DNA from: Mobula hypostoma
Lineage: Eukaryota
Length of the DNA: 64,000 nt
Direction: 5' to 3'
Assembly: GCF_963921235.1 (NCBI RefSeq)
Contig: NC_086097.1
Coordinates: 75,208,001-75,272,000, forward strand
Part shown: positions 25,055-38,300 of the stretch, in pieces
Layout: every line of letters begins with the position of its first letter
Numbering within the stretch: the first letter of the stretch is position 1
The notes under the pieces: generated by a model
What the model was told of the DNA's origin: nothing
What the model saw: only the letters and a program-made list of their open reading frames with translations
Databases searched by the model: none
Translations under genes and position numbers: made by a program

Positions 25055-26311
25055 TTTCATTGGCTCTTCACTTAACCCTGGAACATCTGGACAGCAAAGA
25101 TACATACATTGGGATGTTTTTTTATCAACTACAGATCAGCATTCAATACTATCATCCCCTCAAAACTAATCAATAGCTTCAAGACATTGGCTTCAATATC
25201 TTTTTGTGCAATTGGATCCTCAATTGCCTCACTTGCAGACCCCAGTCAGTACGGAATGGCAACAACATCTCCACAATCTCCATCAGCTCTGGTGCACTAC
25301 ATGGCTGTGTGCTTAGCCCTCTGCTCTATTTGTTTTATACTTACAACTGCATAGTTAAGCACAGCTCCAATGCTATATTCAAGTTTGCTGATGAGAACAC
25401 TGTCATTGGTCAAATCAAAGGTGGTGATGAATCAGCATATAGGAGAGAAATTGAGTGGTGTCATAACAACAACTTCTCACTCAATATCAGCAAGACCAAG
25501 GAGCTGATTATAAGCTTCAGGAGAAGGAAACCAGAGGTCCATGAGCCAGTCCTCAGTTGGGTATCAGAGGTTGAGAGGGACAGCAACTTTAACTGCCTCA
25601 GCGTTATCATTTCAGAGGACCTGTCCTGAGCCCAGCACGTAAGTGCAATTACAAAAAAAAAACATGGCAGTGCCTCTATTTCCTTAGAAGTCTGCGAAGG
25701 CTCGGCATGGCATCTAAAACTTTGACTAATTTCTATAGATGTGTGGTGGAGGGTGTATTGACTGGCTGCATCACAGCCTGATTTGGAAACACTAATGGCC
25801 ATGAATGGAAAATCTGACAAAAAGTGGTTAATAGAACCTTGTCCATCATGGGTCAAGCCTTCCCCACCAATGAGCATCCATCATCAGGAATCCCCACCAC
25901 TCAGGTCACCCATTCTTCTCACTCTACCAAGATGAAAAAGATGAAGGAACCTCAGCAAGTTCAGGGACAGTTATTACCCTCAGCCATCAGGCTCCTGAAC
26001 CAGATGGGATAACTTCACTCAACTTTACTTGCCCCATTACTGAACTAGACCCTCAAACTATGGACTCACTTTTAAGGACTCATCATTTCAATATTTATTT
26101 ATTATTACTATCACTATTTATTTATTTTTTCTTTTGTTTTGGAATTGCACAGTTTGTTGTCTTTTGCACACTGGTTGTCTGTGCTGTTGGTGCAGTCTTT
26201 CACTGATGCTATTATGGTTACTGGATTTATTGAATGTTCCTGCAAGAAAATGAATCTCAGCATTGTATATGGTGACGTATATGTACTTTGATGATAAATT
26301 TACTTTGAACT
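25055..26311 (+). mobile_element. Rex1/Babar LINE 3' half
   Basis: NWILNCLTCRPQSVR...SSGALHGCVLSPLLY...IFKFADEN (degenerate FADD RT motif); tail AATTTACTTTGAACT. Confidence 0.85.
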
Positions 26312-28572
26312 CAGAATTTCTAATGCTGTAATTTTATACCTTCAATAAATGCAGAGGATACATTTTACCAACATGATTACAGAAATTTGCAAAGGTGTTC
26401 CATCAAGGTCAAGATGAAATAATAGCCTTCACTTCAGCAGACAATCTACAAATAACAATATTCTTGTTTTATAATAATGATTCCTTAAGAATCCTAGGGT
26501 GGTGTAACATTCCCTATGCAGATCAGCTAAAACACAGTGAACACTCATAATGTTTCTGTGAGGAAAGAAGCAATCCGACTATTTTTAAAAGGCTACTGTT
26601 TGCTTTCAGATGATTGAGCTTGTGTAATGTACTGTCCCAGAATGAAGCAGATAGGTAAACATTATGGGAAATTATGGCATTGCTTTTCCCATTTGCAGTT
26701 CATGTCTATTTTGCAGATTGATTCCAGCTGTGCCTGTAGCAGATACTCTGTGATTGACTCCCTGATGGCGCACAGCAGGGTAGTCATCTTTGGTGGAGGA
26801 AAATCCTTGCTTTGGTGTGAGTGAAGATTACCAAAACAACCTCCCTTCATCTTGTTCCACTTCAGCCTCGAGATTTTGACACAGCCAAATCACCCACCAT
26901 GCAGTTAATGATGCCATCAATTGCTGCAGACCAGACTGCTCCTTCAGGTTAGTTAGCACACTTCAGATGATTTGGAAATGGACATTTGAGTTTCCTTTCA
27001 TGAACTTTGCAAAGACATAAAGCTTATCATTGTGTAAGAGGTGTTATTTTGCCTGGGAAATCGTTATCTATCTGCTGCAGCGAAGGTGAATCGAAAGATA
27101 TATTGCACTTGTGCTGCTCCCGTTTTGATTCACCAGTGCTTTTGCTGACTTGTGCACACATGTGCATGAGGCCACTTTCTTCCCCTCATGAGGGAAATTA
27201 ATTCCTGTGGGTCTCTTTATCTCTCCAGCATCTATCAAATGCTTCACTTCTGTATTTTTGCACTCATCTGGATCTCCTCTATACCACACTCTCCCAACTC
27301 CGACAAGCCTTATTTGCTTGCCCTTGTACTGATTCAAGATGTCATCACTCTCAATGATATTTAACAATGAATATGGGCTTGTGAGAGCTACGCTCCAAGG
27401 GCATTCCAGCACCGGATGCCAGGTACTCACTTAGACATCTTTTTCCCAAAAGTTCTGTGCCTGAATGATCCCTCAGTCCAGACAACAGAAGTAGGTTATC
27501 GGGTCATTTATTTCATTTGCTTTGGATCTTGCTATGCACAGATATTGGCTGTCAATGTTATCTTGCAATACAGTAAATATCAGGCTCGATAAAGTAAAAC
27601 CATTGTTACACTGTATTAGCTAACCTGTACTGATCCAAGGTAGAAAATATCAATTTGATGTTTTGTTGGATATGAAGCATCCTGTTCATTAGGATATCTT
27701 TGCTCGAGTCTACCCTTATTCCACATTGTCTGCTTACACCCAGAGAGTGGGAAATGTTGGCCAAACTATTATTTATTATCCCTGGTTGCTCTGACAAACT
27801 ATTTTAATACTGATACTTCTTCAATGTGATAAGTAATGAAATGACCAAGCTGTGATGAAGGAAACACAATTGGGTTTCCAATTAGGATGGGGTGTGACTT
27901 GAACAGCATTTCAGTGTGATGTTCTCATGATATACTCAATCACTTACGTACAGGGCTTTGCTTATTGTAGCTGGTTTATTCTGTGGCCCTTGTGCATTCA
28001 AAAGCATTCCAAAGCATCACAGCCTGCCTTTTTATCAAACTGAAGATCAAAGTTCATGTGTGATTACATATACTAATACCGTGGTAAGATGTTGCATTTA
28101 AACCAATGGGAAGTCCTTGTGTATTTGCTTAAAAGCACCATAGGCAATCTCTCTTGAGATGAAATAAAGCCCATCAGCCTCCCATAGTGTCCTTGCTGAC
28201 AGTGTCAAAGCTAGCTTAACCCTTTTCTTGCAGTACAGGAAAAATTATATTTGAAATAAATTCAGTGCCAATCATAATGATCCAGACAACCATTTAATAA
28301 ATAACTGGTGATTTGGGAAAGGTGATGCTAGGTTTTACCTTATGCACATTCAGGTTTACTTGTAAGTAATGTTCAGAATAGGAAATGTATATAATAGCTA
28401 TATTTAGAATTACCCTTAACCAATAAATCTATCTTTTCCCAATCCTAAAGTATTTGTATCTTGAATAAAGAGCAATCAGCAAACTAGAATATAAATGTTT
28501 AACAAGGTGTACATTAGTATGTTTTTGTATTCTGTGATTTGATAGTGAGTGAGCCCAGGCATGTTTGTGAAT

Positions 28573-28681
28573 CATAAACACAAGAGATTCTGCAGATGCT
28601 GGAAATCCAGAGCAACATACACAAAATGCTGGAGGAACTCAGCAGGTCAGGCAACATCTATGGAAATGAATAAACAGTCGA
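28573..28681 (-). mobile_element. 109-bp PLE pLTR-derived retroposed unit
   Basis: Perfect 13-bp TSD CATGTTTGTGAAT (28560-28572 and 28682-28694). The minus strand starts TCGACTGTTT. Confidence 0.85.
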
Positions 28682-31600
28682 CATGTTTGTGAATGCCTTC
28701 TTCATTTCATGTTGTCTGCAATATATACTCTATCTGATTTATTATTAGTAGTTTATGTAATGTAATCTATCTGGAGGTTACTCAATCCATATGATATATT
28801 CCACTAGCAGAGTCAAATCTCTTTACAATAATGCTCCAGCTGATAATTCCGAGATAATGACATTACGAAAGCAGCTCTTAATGTTATTAATTCTGCTATC
28901 TCCAAAACAAATGCTGAAAATAGAATTTAGGACAAGACTACATATGTTGATGGATTTAAATACAACAATATTGGCAACATAATGCAAGGTACTCTCAACC
29001 TTTAATGAACAGCCCTGTTGTAAGACATCTAAACTGAACAATTGTGATCAAAATTCCTATCATTGGCTGTAGATGTTTTTCAGTTTTATATGTTCCAAAT
29101 GAATGAATTTAATTAAAAAATATCAGTGAGCTCCCCGTTATTTGCATATATATTTTTTTGTTTTTCCAACTGTGGTATTATTCACCGTTTTTCTTGTTTG
29201 TACTGGTGGATTATCTTTTGAATACAAAATTCCACCCACTGCCAGATATTTCCCGATGGGGTTTTTTTCTTGGATGAGATTCCTTTGAATGCAGAACAGG
29301 TATAAACACAAACTGTTACGGTCTTTGTTTCTGTACGCGGCCATGAACTTTAGCCTTTTCTAGTCTGCCCATCCTCACTGTATTCTCTAGCCACTAGCTC
29401 ATCATGGGAGATGCAGATTCCTTCAAAGCTCTCTGCAGCAGAGCTCCTCGGCTGCTCAACCAGCAGGAGGGACACGGCAGTTGACAGGACGAGTGATGTG
29501 TCACTTTTCTCTACAATAGGATGTCACACCCAGTCGGCTTGGAGATGAATGCTAACATTCATTACCCTCACTGATTGTTGGGTTATCACATCTACTTCTG
29601 ACAGTTTAAAATGCTACTTCTTCCAGCAGTCCCCCACAAACCCACTCCACATACTTTTGCAAGGCAGAACTTTAGCCTTTAAATTCACAAACAAAATTTG
29701 GCAAACTAACTCGGAGGTTTTTTTTATTTACCTAAACTGTTTATCAATATACATTACTTGTAATACAGTAGTTCTTTATTTACATTGTTCCATTACATTT
29801 TAAAAACGTCCTGTTTGTTTTTCACATCTATAGTCTGCGAATGTAGGGAGGGGGGCTGATATTTATCAGAGGTGTTTGAAGAGGTGAATACTCAGGGAGT
29901 TTGAAGAGTCATTCAGTGACATCGGTGGCTGCCATGGTGTGGGAGGCAGTGGAGGAGAGTAGGAAGTCACAGAACCTATCTGAGCGGGGTCAAGGAATCT
30001 TGCTAACACATAGCCACCCATAAGGAGCACTGCAGATAATTGATGAGAACCTCGGAACAATATTATTGTGTAAGTGTTTTATGACAAGAAATGCTGAATT
30101 TTTCATCCGAGTCAGTTTGACCCAGAAATGGTCACACGTGTATTGCACTCAGGAAACGAGATTTTCAGCTGCTTAGTGCTGAAATGAACATCATCATACA
30201 ATGTGATCTCTATATTAGTATTTCCACTGTAGTTTTAGCATTTGAAAGATGGTAAAATGATAAAGTTAGTTACCATTAGAAGTGAATAACTTCTATGACA
30301 GCTATGTTATTTCATGATTTTAGTTACATTCTGATTCATCAAATCACGCATTTTCATTGAGTTACACAGCACAGAAAAAGGTCTTTCAACCCAAATGATC
30401 CATGCAGACCCAGGTGCCCCATCCAAGCAAGCCCCATTTGTCAGCATCATCAGGGAATGGGAGAATAGAATAATCGCATTTTTTTCTATCATCCCTACCT
30501 GATGGCAAGAAATGGCACAGTTAATGCTAATTCTAGTTTAGCAGAGAGGGAAAAAACAATCTAAGAAAACAATTAAATAAATTTCTGACTGGTGCACTCT
30601 GCTGATGTGAAACACAAGACCTTGAGTTCACATGAACTGGCAGTGCGCTCAGACCAGTTGCTAAGCTCAGCCTACTGTTCCTTTATGCAAATCAACATAA
30701 AACCCAAACTTGCTACCAGCCTACCATGGGGATATTTTACTTGTGCATCCTACAAGGATTTTTATTATAAGATAAATCTAAAAACAAAATTATTTGGCTT
30801 GTTCCATTCCGTTCTATCATCACTTTCACCTGGAATCCAACAATGCCTACATTTAATCTTCACAGTTACAACCAAGTTCAAAGACCAAAGACTGATATTT
30901 AAAACACTTATTTATTTTCCCAAGCAGTTTTCTCCCCACCCCACCGTCACAGATTTGCATGCACCATTGCACGCAGCCCTCTGTGGGAAGAGATCTGAGC
31001 AGCAGAGTAACAACACTTTGGTAATCTTACAAAAAATGATAGCATTTCTGTTTGTTTGTTTCGAAAATTTACTTTATGTGATTCCATAGTTGGGGCTGAC
31101 AATAACAAGTCTACACCATCTCCTGATGTGCCAAGAAAATCCTTGTAGAGGATCTGCATGAAACTTGAGTGCAGTACAACAGCATCTTTTCTGGTGAGGC
31201 AATTACAGTCTTACCTAATAAATTCTGTCTTTTCAGTCTGATTTCAATACTGTGTCGTTTGAAAAGCATGAAACTGAATTAGCTGGGAGGAAATATTGTT
31301 TTATGGGTCAAAGAAGCTAACCCTAATTCCCAAATTGACATCAAACAGATTAGACAGTATTGGTTGTTGTCTCAGAAAACAGGGATATTTATGACCATAG
31401 TGCTTAAAATGAAGCACTTACTGAAGATTTTGGATTTAAGTGTCATTGAATGATTTTGAAAGGCTTTTTTCTGTCTTATATGTTAAAAAACTTTGATTTC
31501 CAATATCTACAATTGGAGATTTCGATAGCCTATGATTGCTTATCAGTAGGTCAATATAACTGCATCATCACCCCATTTTCATCCACACGTCATCATTTTC

Positions 31601-34600
31601 AGCTACTTTGTGTATGTAAATAATACTAAATACACAACGGGTAAACTCCTAAATTGAGGCAAAGTCCTAAAATTATCCTTTGAGGATTCAAAACAATCTG
31701 CCAAAGTGTAAAGCTATTTGTGTAGTCCAATGATAGGAAGGTTTTCCTTGTGTGCTGTAAGGTTAAGTAAGGTAGACAGTAAGTCATAACTCTTTGGCTC
31801 CATTGTCATTTCAGATGCAGCGCTCAAATTCTCAGCAACTGAGACAGAAATAAATTCCCTGATCACAGCTAATAGCTAGATTAGACACCTTAATACATAG
31901 CTTCTTAATTTTCCTTTCTTTCATATTGATTTCACGGTTTCAGATGACCTCCAAACTGCTTTGACCTTGGCATTTGTGATATCTTTATACACAAATGTAA
32001 ATAAAGTAGGATTTGCATTTTATTTACCATCTTTGTTCTTTCTGTGAAGTGTGGAAGATGAGCTGTTTGTATCAGGGCAAACTTTTCCAAATGTGAACTG
32101 ATTTTAAGAAATCTTGAGGATATATTGCTCTCCTACTGTCAATTACATAAGGAATATATAATTATAAATACACTTGTTAAAATTTTGTAGATTGTATTTG
32201 AATATTGACTTTCTCCAAAGGCACAATGTAAATTTAAAAGTGATGTGAGATTTGAAAGATATATTAACAATGTTAAGAGCAAGAACATATTGTCATAATA
32301 TGGTAATTGTTTCTCATTTGTATCAGTTAATGATTTTACCAAATTATACTAATTGGCTCATTTACATTGACTTTAGATCCATACTAAAATCAACTTTTCT
32401 TCATAGTGCTGGTAAATAGAACAAACTACTGGCATTTCTTTATTTGCTTTTCTAACTTTTCCTTTCAATGTATTCACACTATCAGAAAATTCAGAAATAA
32501 AGAAACAAAACATTCATGGCTATACATTATTTCTTTTACTGTAATGTAATATTACTAATTGCCTGATCTACCTACTGTCTAATTGAAGCATTAATCTATT
32601 AACCTTCCATTGAAATAGTGGACAAAGAAATATCTTATAAATTAATTAATAATACTAATAATACAAGTAATAATTTCTTGGCTTAAGTAACCTCATTTGG
32701 AATGTCCTCACTAAAGGAATGTTTCTTTAACTGAGAAAATAGATCCATTGAAAGCATTGCATTTCAAATAATGGATCAGGTAAATGATCAGTGCTTGAAT
32801 ACATTTTCACCAGTGTAGCATTTCTCCTGGAGTTGGATGCAATTGTTACCTTTGACTTGTTTTTACTGGCTGTATTGAACATTACATACCTTGAGCTGAG
32901 ATAAGTACACAGGTTTACAGGAATTAAGCCTTCTTGTGTCAGTGGTATTATGCTGAGAAATTTTGATGGGAAAGCCTTATCAAGCATTCAGTTAAAATCT
33001 TGTAGGCATCATACTATGACTCATATTCCATCTTCATTGCCTTCTTACAAGCAATAGAGAAAGAAATAAAATAAAACCCACAGGGCTTGCTGATGGGAGA
33101 TATCTGCAAAACAATAGATGCAAAAATCAAGGAAGTGCTTGCTCACATCACGGTGCACTTGGCTTTCAGGTAGCAGTTTTACAGTCGAAACCCTAACTGC
33201 TAGCACCTGTTCTCAATTTGATTACCACTAAGGAAGAGAAATATGATGTGCATCGGTCCTCTTGATGTGTAATTGACATGCTAAAAATATTGTTAGGATG
33301 CTCAGATTGCTTGCATGGTGTGCTGCACAGTCCTCAGCATATTTGCAAGAATTTTGTGGCATAATGCTTTCTACCGCTTCGCTCCTCAGTGCAGTCGACA
33401 ATTCTGAGGATCGATGACAGGCACAAAGACTGGAGGTAGATTTGCTGCCTTTGGCAGGTCCTGTTGTGAAAAGCCCAGGGCTATAAGGGTCGATCTAATT
33501 GAGCAGCACTTTACTTAAAAGTAGGCTATAACATTTTTTATGAAGCTAGTTATGTAATGTATGTTCCTTACTAAGTTCATTAATTCTTAAAAATATAAAT
33601 CAATGACTAAATATTTAATAGCTTTCCAGAGTATTAACATGTCCCCATTGAAGACTTTTTTCTTAGTATCTAAGCTTCAATATAGGTTGCACTTGCTAAT
33701 AATTTTTTTTGTTATATTATGAACATTCTGTTTCACATTGTTGCTACTAATCTTTTGGTATATTCGACTTTCTTAATCATGCGCATTAATCTACCCTGTT
33801 ATTCATGGGCTGTAATTTTATGTCAAAATAAAGGTGAGTCTAATAGTGCCTTCGAATATTTATGCATGAAAGGTACAGCAATTGCAGGCAAGAGGCAGAT
33901 GCACAATTGAAATCTAACATCTAAGTCACTGTTGGAGTTGAACTGCTGAGCTGACTTCACGAAGTTGGGATCTCACCGTCCACTTTGCTGTTGCAGTACA
34001 CTGAATGCCACCAAACTATACCACTTTCGGAAGCTTGCAACAGATTCACAAGAAGTTGCTTCCTGCCACTCTGGTTGGATGTGCTCTCTCAACCCTGTGA
34101 TATGTACAATAATCCATTGATTTACGAATATTTGGTTTACAAATTTTCACTGCATTATGTTGCATTAACTTATGAAGTTATATCTCACCATAATCAATCA
34201 TTTGCTATTTTCTACACCAAAGTGTCAAAGTTGCATTTTGCCTATTCTTTTCAGTTTAGGAAATTCTACTTAAATGACACTTTTTCCAGGAATACTGCCC
34301 TCATGTAAAACAAGGGATGGATCTATTAATTACTGCCAAAGGCCCATTGCACTGAAATTAACTACTCTGAGTCTGAAATTTCACTCATGTAAACATTAAT
34401 TAATAGAGATAAAGTGACAGATTTTAAAATATCCCTTCTGTCTCTTATTTTTTTCTCTCTAAATCCAGTCTTAGCTCTGTATATTTCCTTTTTCTTACCT
34501 GACTTACTCTGAATTCAACCCTAAAGTTCCTCTCAATTCTTGTGCTGTAATCTCACAATCCATCAATCTGGTCAAGGAGATGAAGAGGTGCTCGTGCCAT

Positions 34601-35174
34601 TGCTTTATTTCTCCAGTGCACTTGCTATAGCATTATCAGCTTGTGCTCTCAGCAATTTACCATGCAAAATAAATGTAACCTAAACTGTCTGAAGCAAGTC
34701 AAACTAACAACAGAAGGCATTAAGTGCACAGCTACAACAAGCTGTGACCAATAATTTTCTTTTCAGCTTTCAGACAAAGATAATGATGCAGTTTTTTCTT
34801 ATCAACCAAGACTGAATCATTGTTAGTATCCATCATGAGGATCCTTTACATGTTATCCACACATACATATTTCTTTCTGATTAGTAGGTATTATTGAATA
34901 GGTATTGTGCTATTTGCCATCATAATTCTAGCTCCTTGTGAATACCAATGTGACTACCGAATCACACAACCTTTTCAAAGGCAGATACACCATACCACCA
35001 AAAGGAGAATTCAGGGAACCAGATCAATGATGTCATCAACAAGACCATGGCTTTTAGTCTTTGAGATGCCAACAATGATATGGCATTCTGTGAGGTAGAA
35101 TACTGAATGTGCCAGGAGCTTTGGTAGGAGCTGTGAGGAAAAAAATGATGCTTTTTTTTGTTGTCAAACCAAGA

Positions 35175-35340
35175 AAGATGTTGAAAATCTGGAGCAATGC
35201 CCAAAATAAAATCTGGAGGAACTCAGCAGATCAGGCAACATCAATGGAGGGAATTGAACAGTTGATGTTTCCGGCCGAGACCCTTCATCGGGAGTGGAAA
35301 GAAAGAGGGCAGAAGCAAAATAAAGGGTGGGGGAGGGGTA
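35175..35340 (-). mobile_element. PLE pLTR fragment with degenerate hammerhead
   Basis: Minus strand CCGATGA-AGGGTCTCGGCCG-GAAA-CATC-AACTG at about 35259-35295. Confidence 0.7.
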
Positions 35341-38300
35341 AATGATCTGTATTTTTTTTAGTTAGTTGCTTGGGTAAGCTTATCCATTCTGTTTTTTTTA
35401 AGATGAAGTTCTGTTTGTCTGCTATGATATTAAATAAATGTGGCTTGAGTAACTGTGGACACACATCATAAGGATAGGAAAGCTCCTTATCCATATATTT
35501 GTATTATTACCAATTGGTTGAATCTAACTGCTTTGATATTATGGAATGTATTGGCTTATTTATCTCTGATTTAATTTATTATTGTTAGTAGAGAGAAAAT
35601 ATTCACTGTTCATCGATTCATAAATATTTAGTTTACAACTGGATATTTTAGTAATAACCTTTTTTTGCCATTTCAATTGCTCCTTTATTTATCTATATCT
35701 ATCTATATATTTTTTGAAGAAATAGTCATTTTGCCATTGGAGTACTCAAATCACATTGCTCGTGACCCAAGGAATTCAAGATTGTTAAAAACTTTGCCAG
35801 CAGCCTAGAGGTTATAATACTTTGTTAAACATATTTCTTATCATCACAAGACCCTGCTAGATATTAAGAACTTAAAGTACTGCAGATCTATCCCATCAGT
35901 AAATTGTTCCTTGGCGGAGAAACTGAAGGAGCTGGACTTGGTATGGGTCATGATGCTGCCTGCGACAGAGAGGCACTGGAGCACGAAGGAGGTGTGGAGT
36001 CTAACAGCGAGTGATTGTCTTAGTCGCTTTTCCTGTGATCGCAAGACCCTTTTGAACACTGGATGAGTGGAATGTTGCAAGTCCAGTTCTCTGGTTTATT
36101 GTCGGATGATGGGGCAGATGGCGAGGAAGCTGACTGTTCTTGGTCATAGCAAGAACTAGGCCTCAAGCTATGGCGTCTCCTGTTTGCAGCCACCCGTGGG
36201 AGGTTTTGGAGTTGGCGCTGCACCAGACAACCAGAAGTAGTATGACAGAGTGTCCATACTGGAGTTGGTGCCACCCCCCACCCCCCAGTGTTTGCTCGGC
36301 AGAAGACAAGCTGTTTAGTTTGGCTGTATTCATGAGTATTCATGTATGGTTGATCATCAATTAAACTTGGGACTTGAATTTGAACTCAGAGACCATATTC
36401 TTGTCATAGCAGATTAGAAATTCTAATTATTAATTTTAGTAATTGCAGTTCATTTATTTTGAATTTGCCAGTATGACGAACTTGGAGTGTAAACTAGAAC
36501 AAAGTTGAATTGAGAAGATTCTGGAAAACCTGCAATGCCTTTCTCATTAATACCTTGAAATTTCCAGAAAAGTGAGGAAAACTACCATGAGATATTTCTG
36601 TCAGTGTGGAAGGTTATTGTCTCACTGAGTGAAACAAAGAAAATATGCTTTAGCAGTCTGAAATTGGATATCTCTGAGACACAGCAGGGCAATATGCAGA
36701 ATGTTCACCAACAAAGTTTGTAATTGAACTCTTTAACCGAAGAATGCAACACAGTTACTAAATACCTGTCAATGAAACTGATGATAGTGGCTGGAGACCA
36801 AAATTCCTCGCTGCCAGACTAGCACGGTAATGATGAAATGCTGGAGCTGGTGACTTTCAGACAGGACATTAAATGAAAACTATCAAAAAAAGCTGCAGCT
36901 GCTGAAAATCTGAAATAAAAAGAAAAAAAATGCTGTAAACACTCAGCATGTCAATCAGTATCTGTAGAAAGGGGGGTAGAGTTAAGATTTCAGTTTGAAG
37001 ACCATTAGTCTGAACTGGAAACTCTTTCCCAGTCTCAATGAAGAGTCTTTGATGCAGAAGGTGAATTGGATTCTCTTTCCACACATGCTGCCTGACCTAC
37101 TGAATTGTCTTCATTTTAAAAATTATTTCTGTGGCTATTATTCATCAATTCCAGAAACAAATATGAATTTCTGATTGCTGGGAGACCAGCAAAAGGAATT
37201 ATTAAATAAAGTAACTGATGAATTTTTGAGAGTTTGTGGGATCCATTGATCCACTCTTAGTTTTAGAATTTTATGTGGAAACTCAGCAGAATTTACCCCT
37301 GAGAATATTCTCAATTTAATGCCACTTCAATGCCTTTCCACCTGTGTGGTGCACCACTCAAAATATTTTTACACATTGAGGTCACTGAAACTTGCTTTGT
37401 TACATGGAAAGTGGGAAATCTCAAACCAGACATTGTCCTGGGAGCAATCAGATTAAGGGGTGCCTTATCCAGTACTACTTTTAATCTTTAAATTAAAGAG
37501 TTACCACATCATTAAAAATTTCACACTTTACTAACCAACATTAACAAGTCACCAAAAGTGATATAATTAGTATTTTTTGTTACAAGGAGAAAGAAGTAGT
37601 CAAATGTGCAGTATTGACACTTCACACATTACAGCATAATTTTTTTCACACATAGCACTTTAAATGCAAATCAGACTGATTGGCTCACAGTCTACATCAG
37701 TGTAATATGGACTGTAAGCCAAATAGGCTTTGTTCATTTTTAATTTCAAGACTTTCATCATTAATTTATTTTTCATTTGGGGTTATTTAAAAAAAGTCTT
37801 AGTGAGTAATCATCCAAATGTGGATATTGTCACATATTAATTATTGGTCTTTATAAAGAAATGGTGCATATAATTCAGTACTGTACCCTACAGCTGTCCA
37901 CAGACTTTTGAGTGGAAATGTATGGTTAACCTGGGTCTGAATCCATGTAGCACCTGATCATAGGGAACCTGGGGACTTTATGAACAGGGAAAGCAGCAGT
38001 GTCATTCCTTGATCAATCAGTCCGAAGCATTATCTGAGTCAGGCAATCCAGGGCTTGACTATTTGACCTAATTCTGACAACATCCAACTATTGTGCACCT
38101 GCTTTTAGTTATATTGGGAGTATATTCTCATTATGCATTCACGAAAGGGTCAGTATGAGCCATGCCAGACTATTTTAGCAACTGCTAAGTACGATATAGC
38201 AAAAAACAAGTCTTTTTTTCACTTTTCTGTGACTGCTATTAAAATCACTTCCAACTCAGTTTGAAATATTCAACTTGCACGAAAGCATGTTACAGGTTAT

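Noticed and set aside
30592..31089. 165-aa ORF, and the other 60-130 aa ORFs in unique DNA
   Set aside because: No recognisable domains, many with non-ATG starts, and lengths consistent with chance in 64 kb.
34782..35174. Imperfect ~30-bp direct repeat (AATGATGC-T-run-TCAACCAAGA) about 360 bp apart
   Set aside because: Low-complexity T-run, and no identifiable element between the copies.
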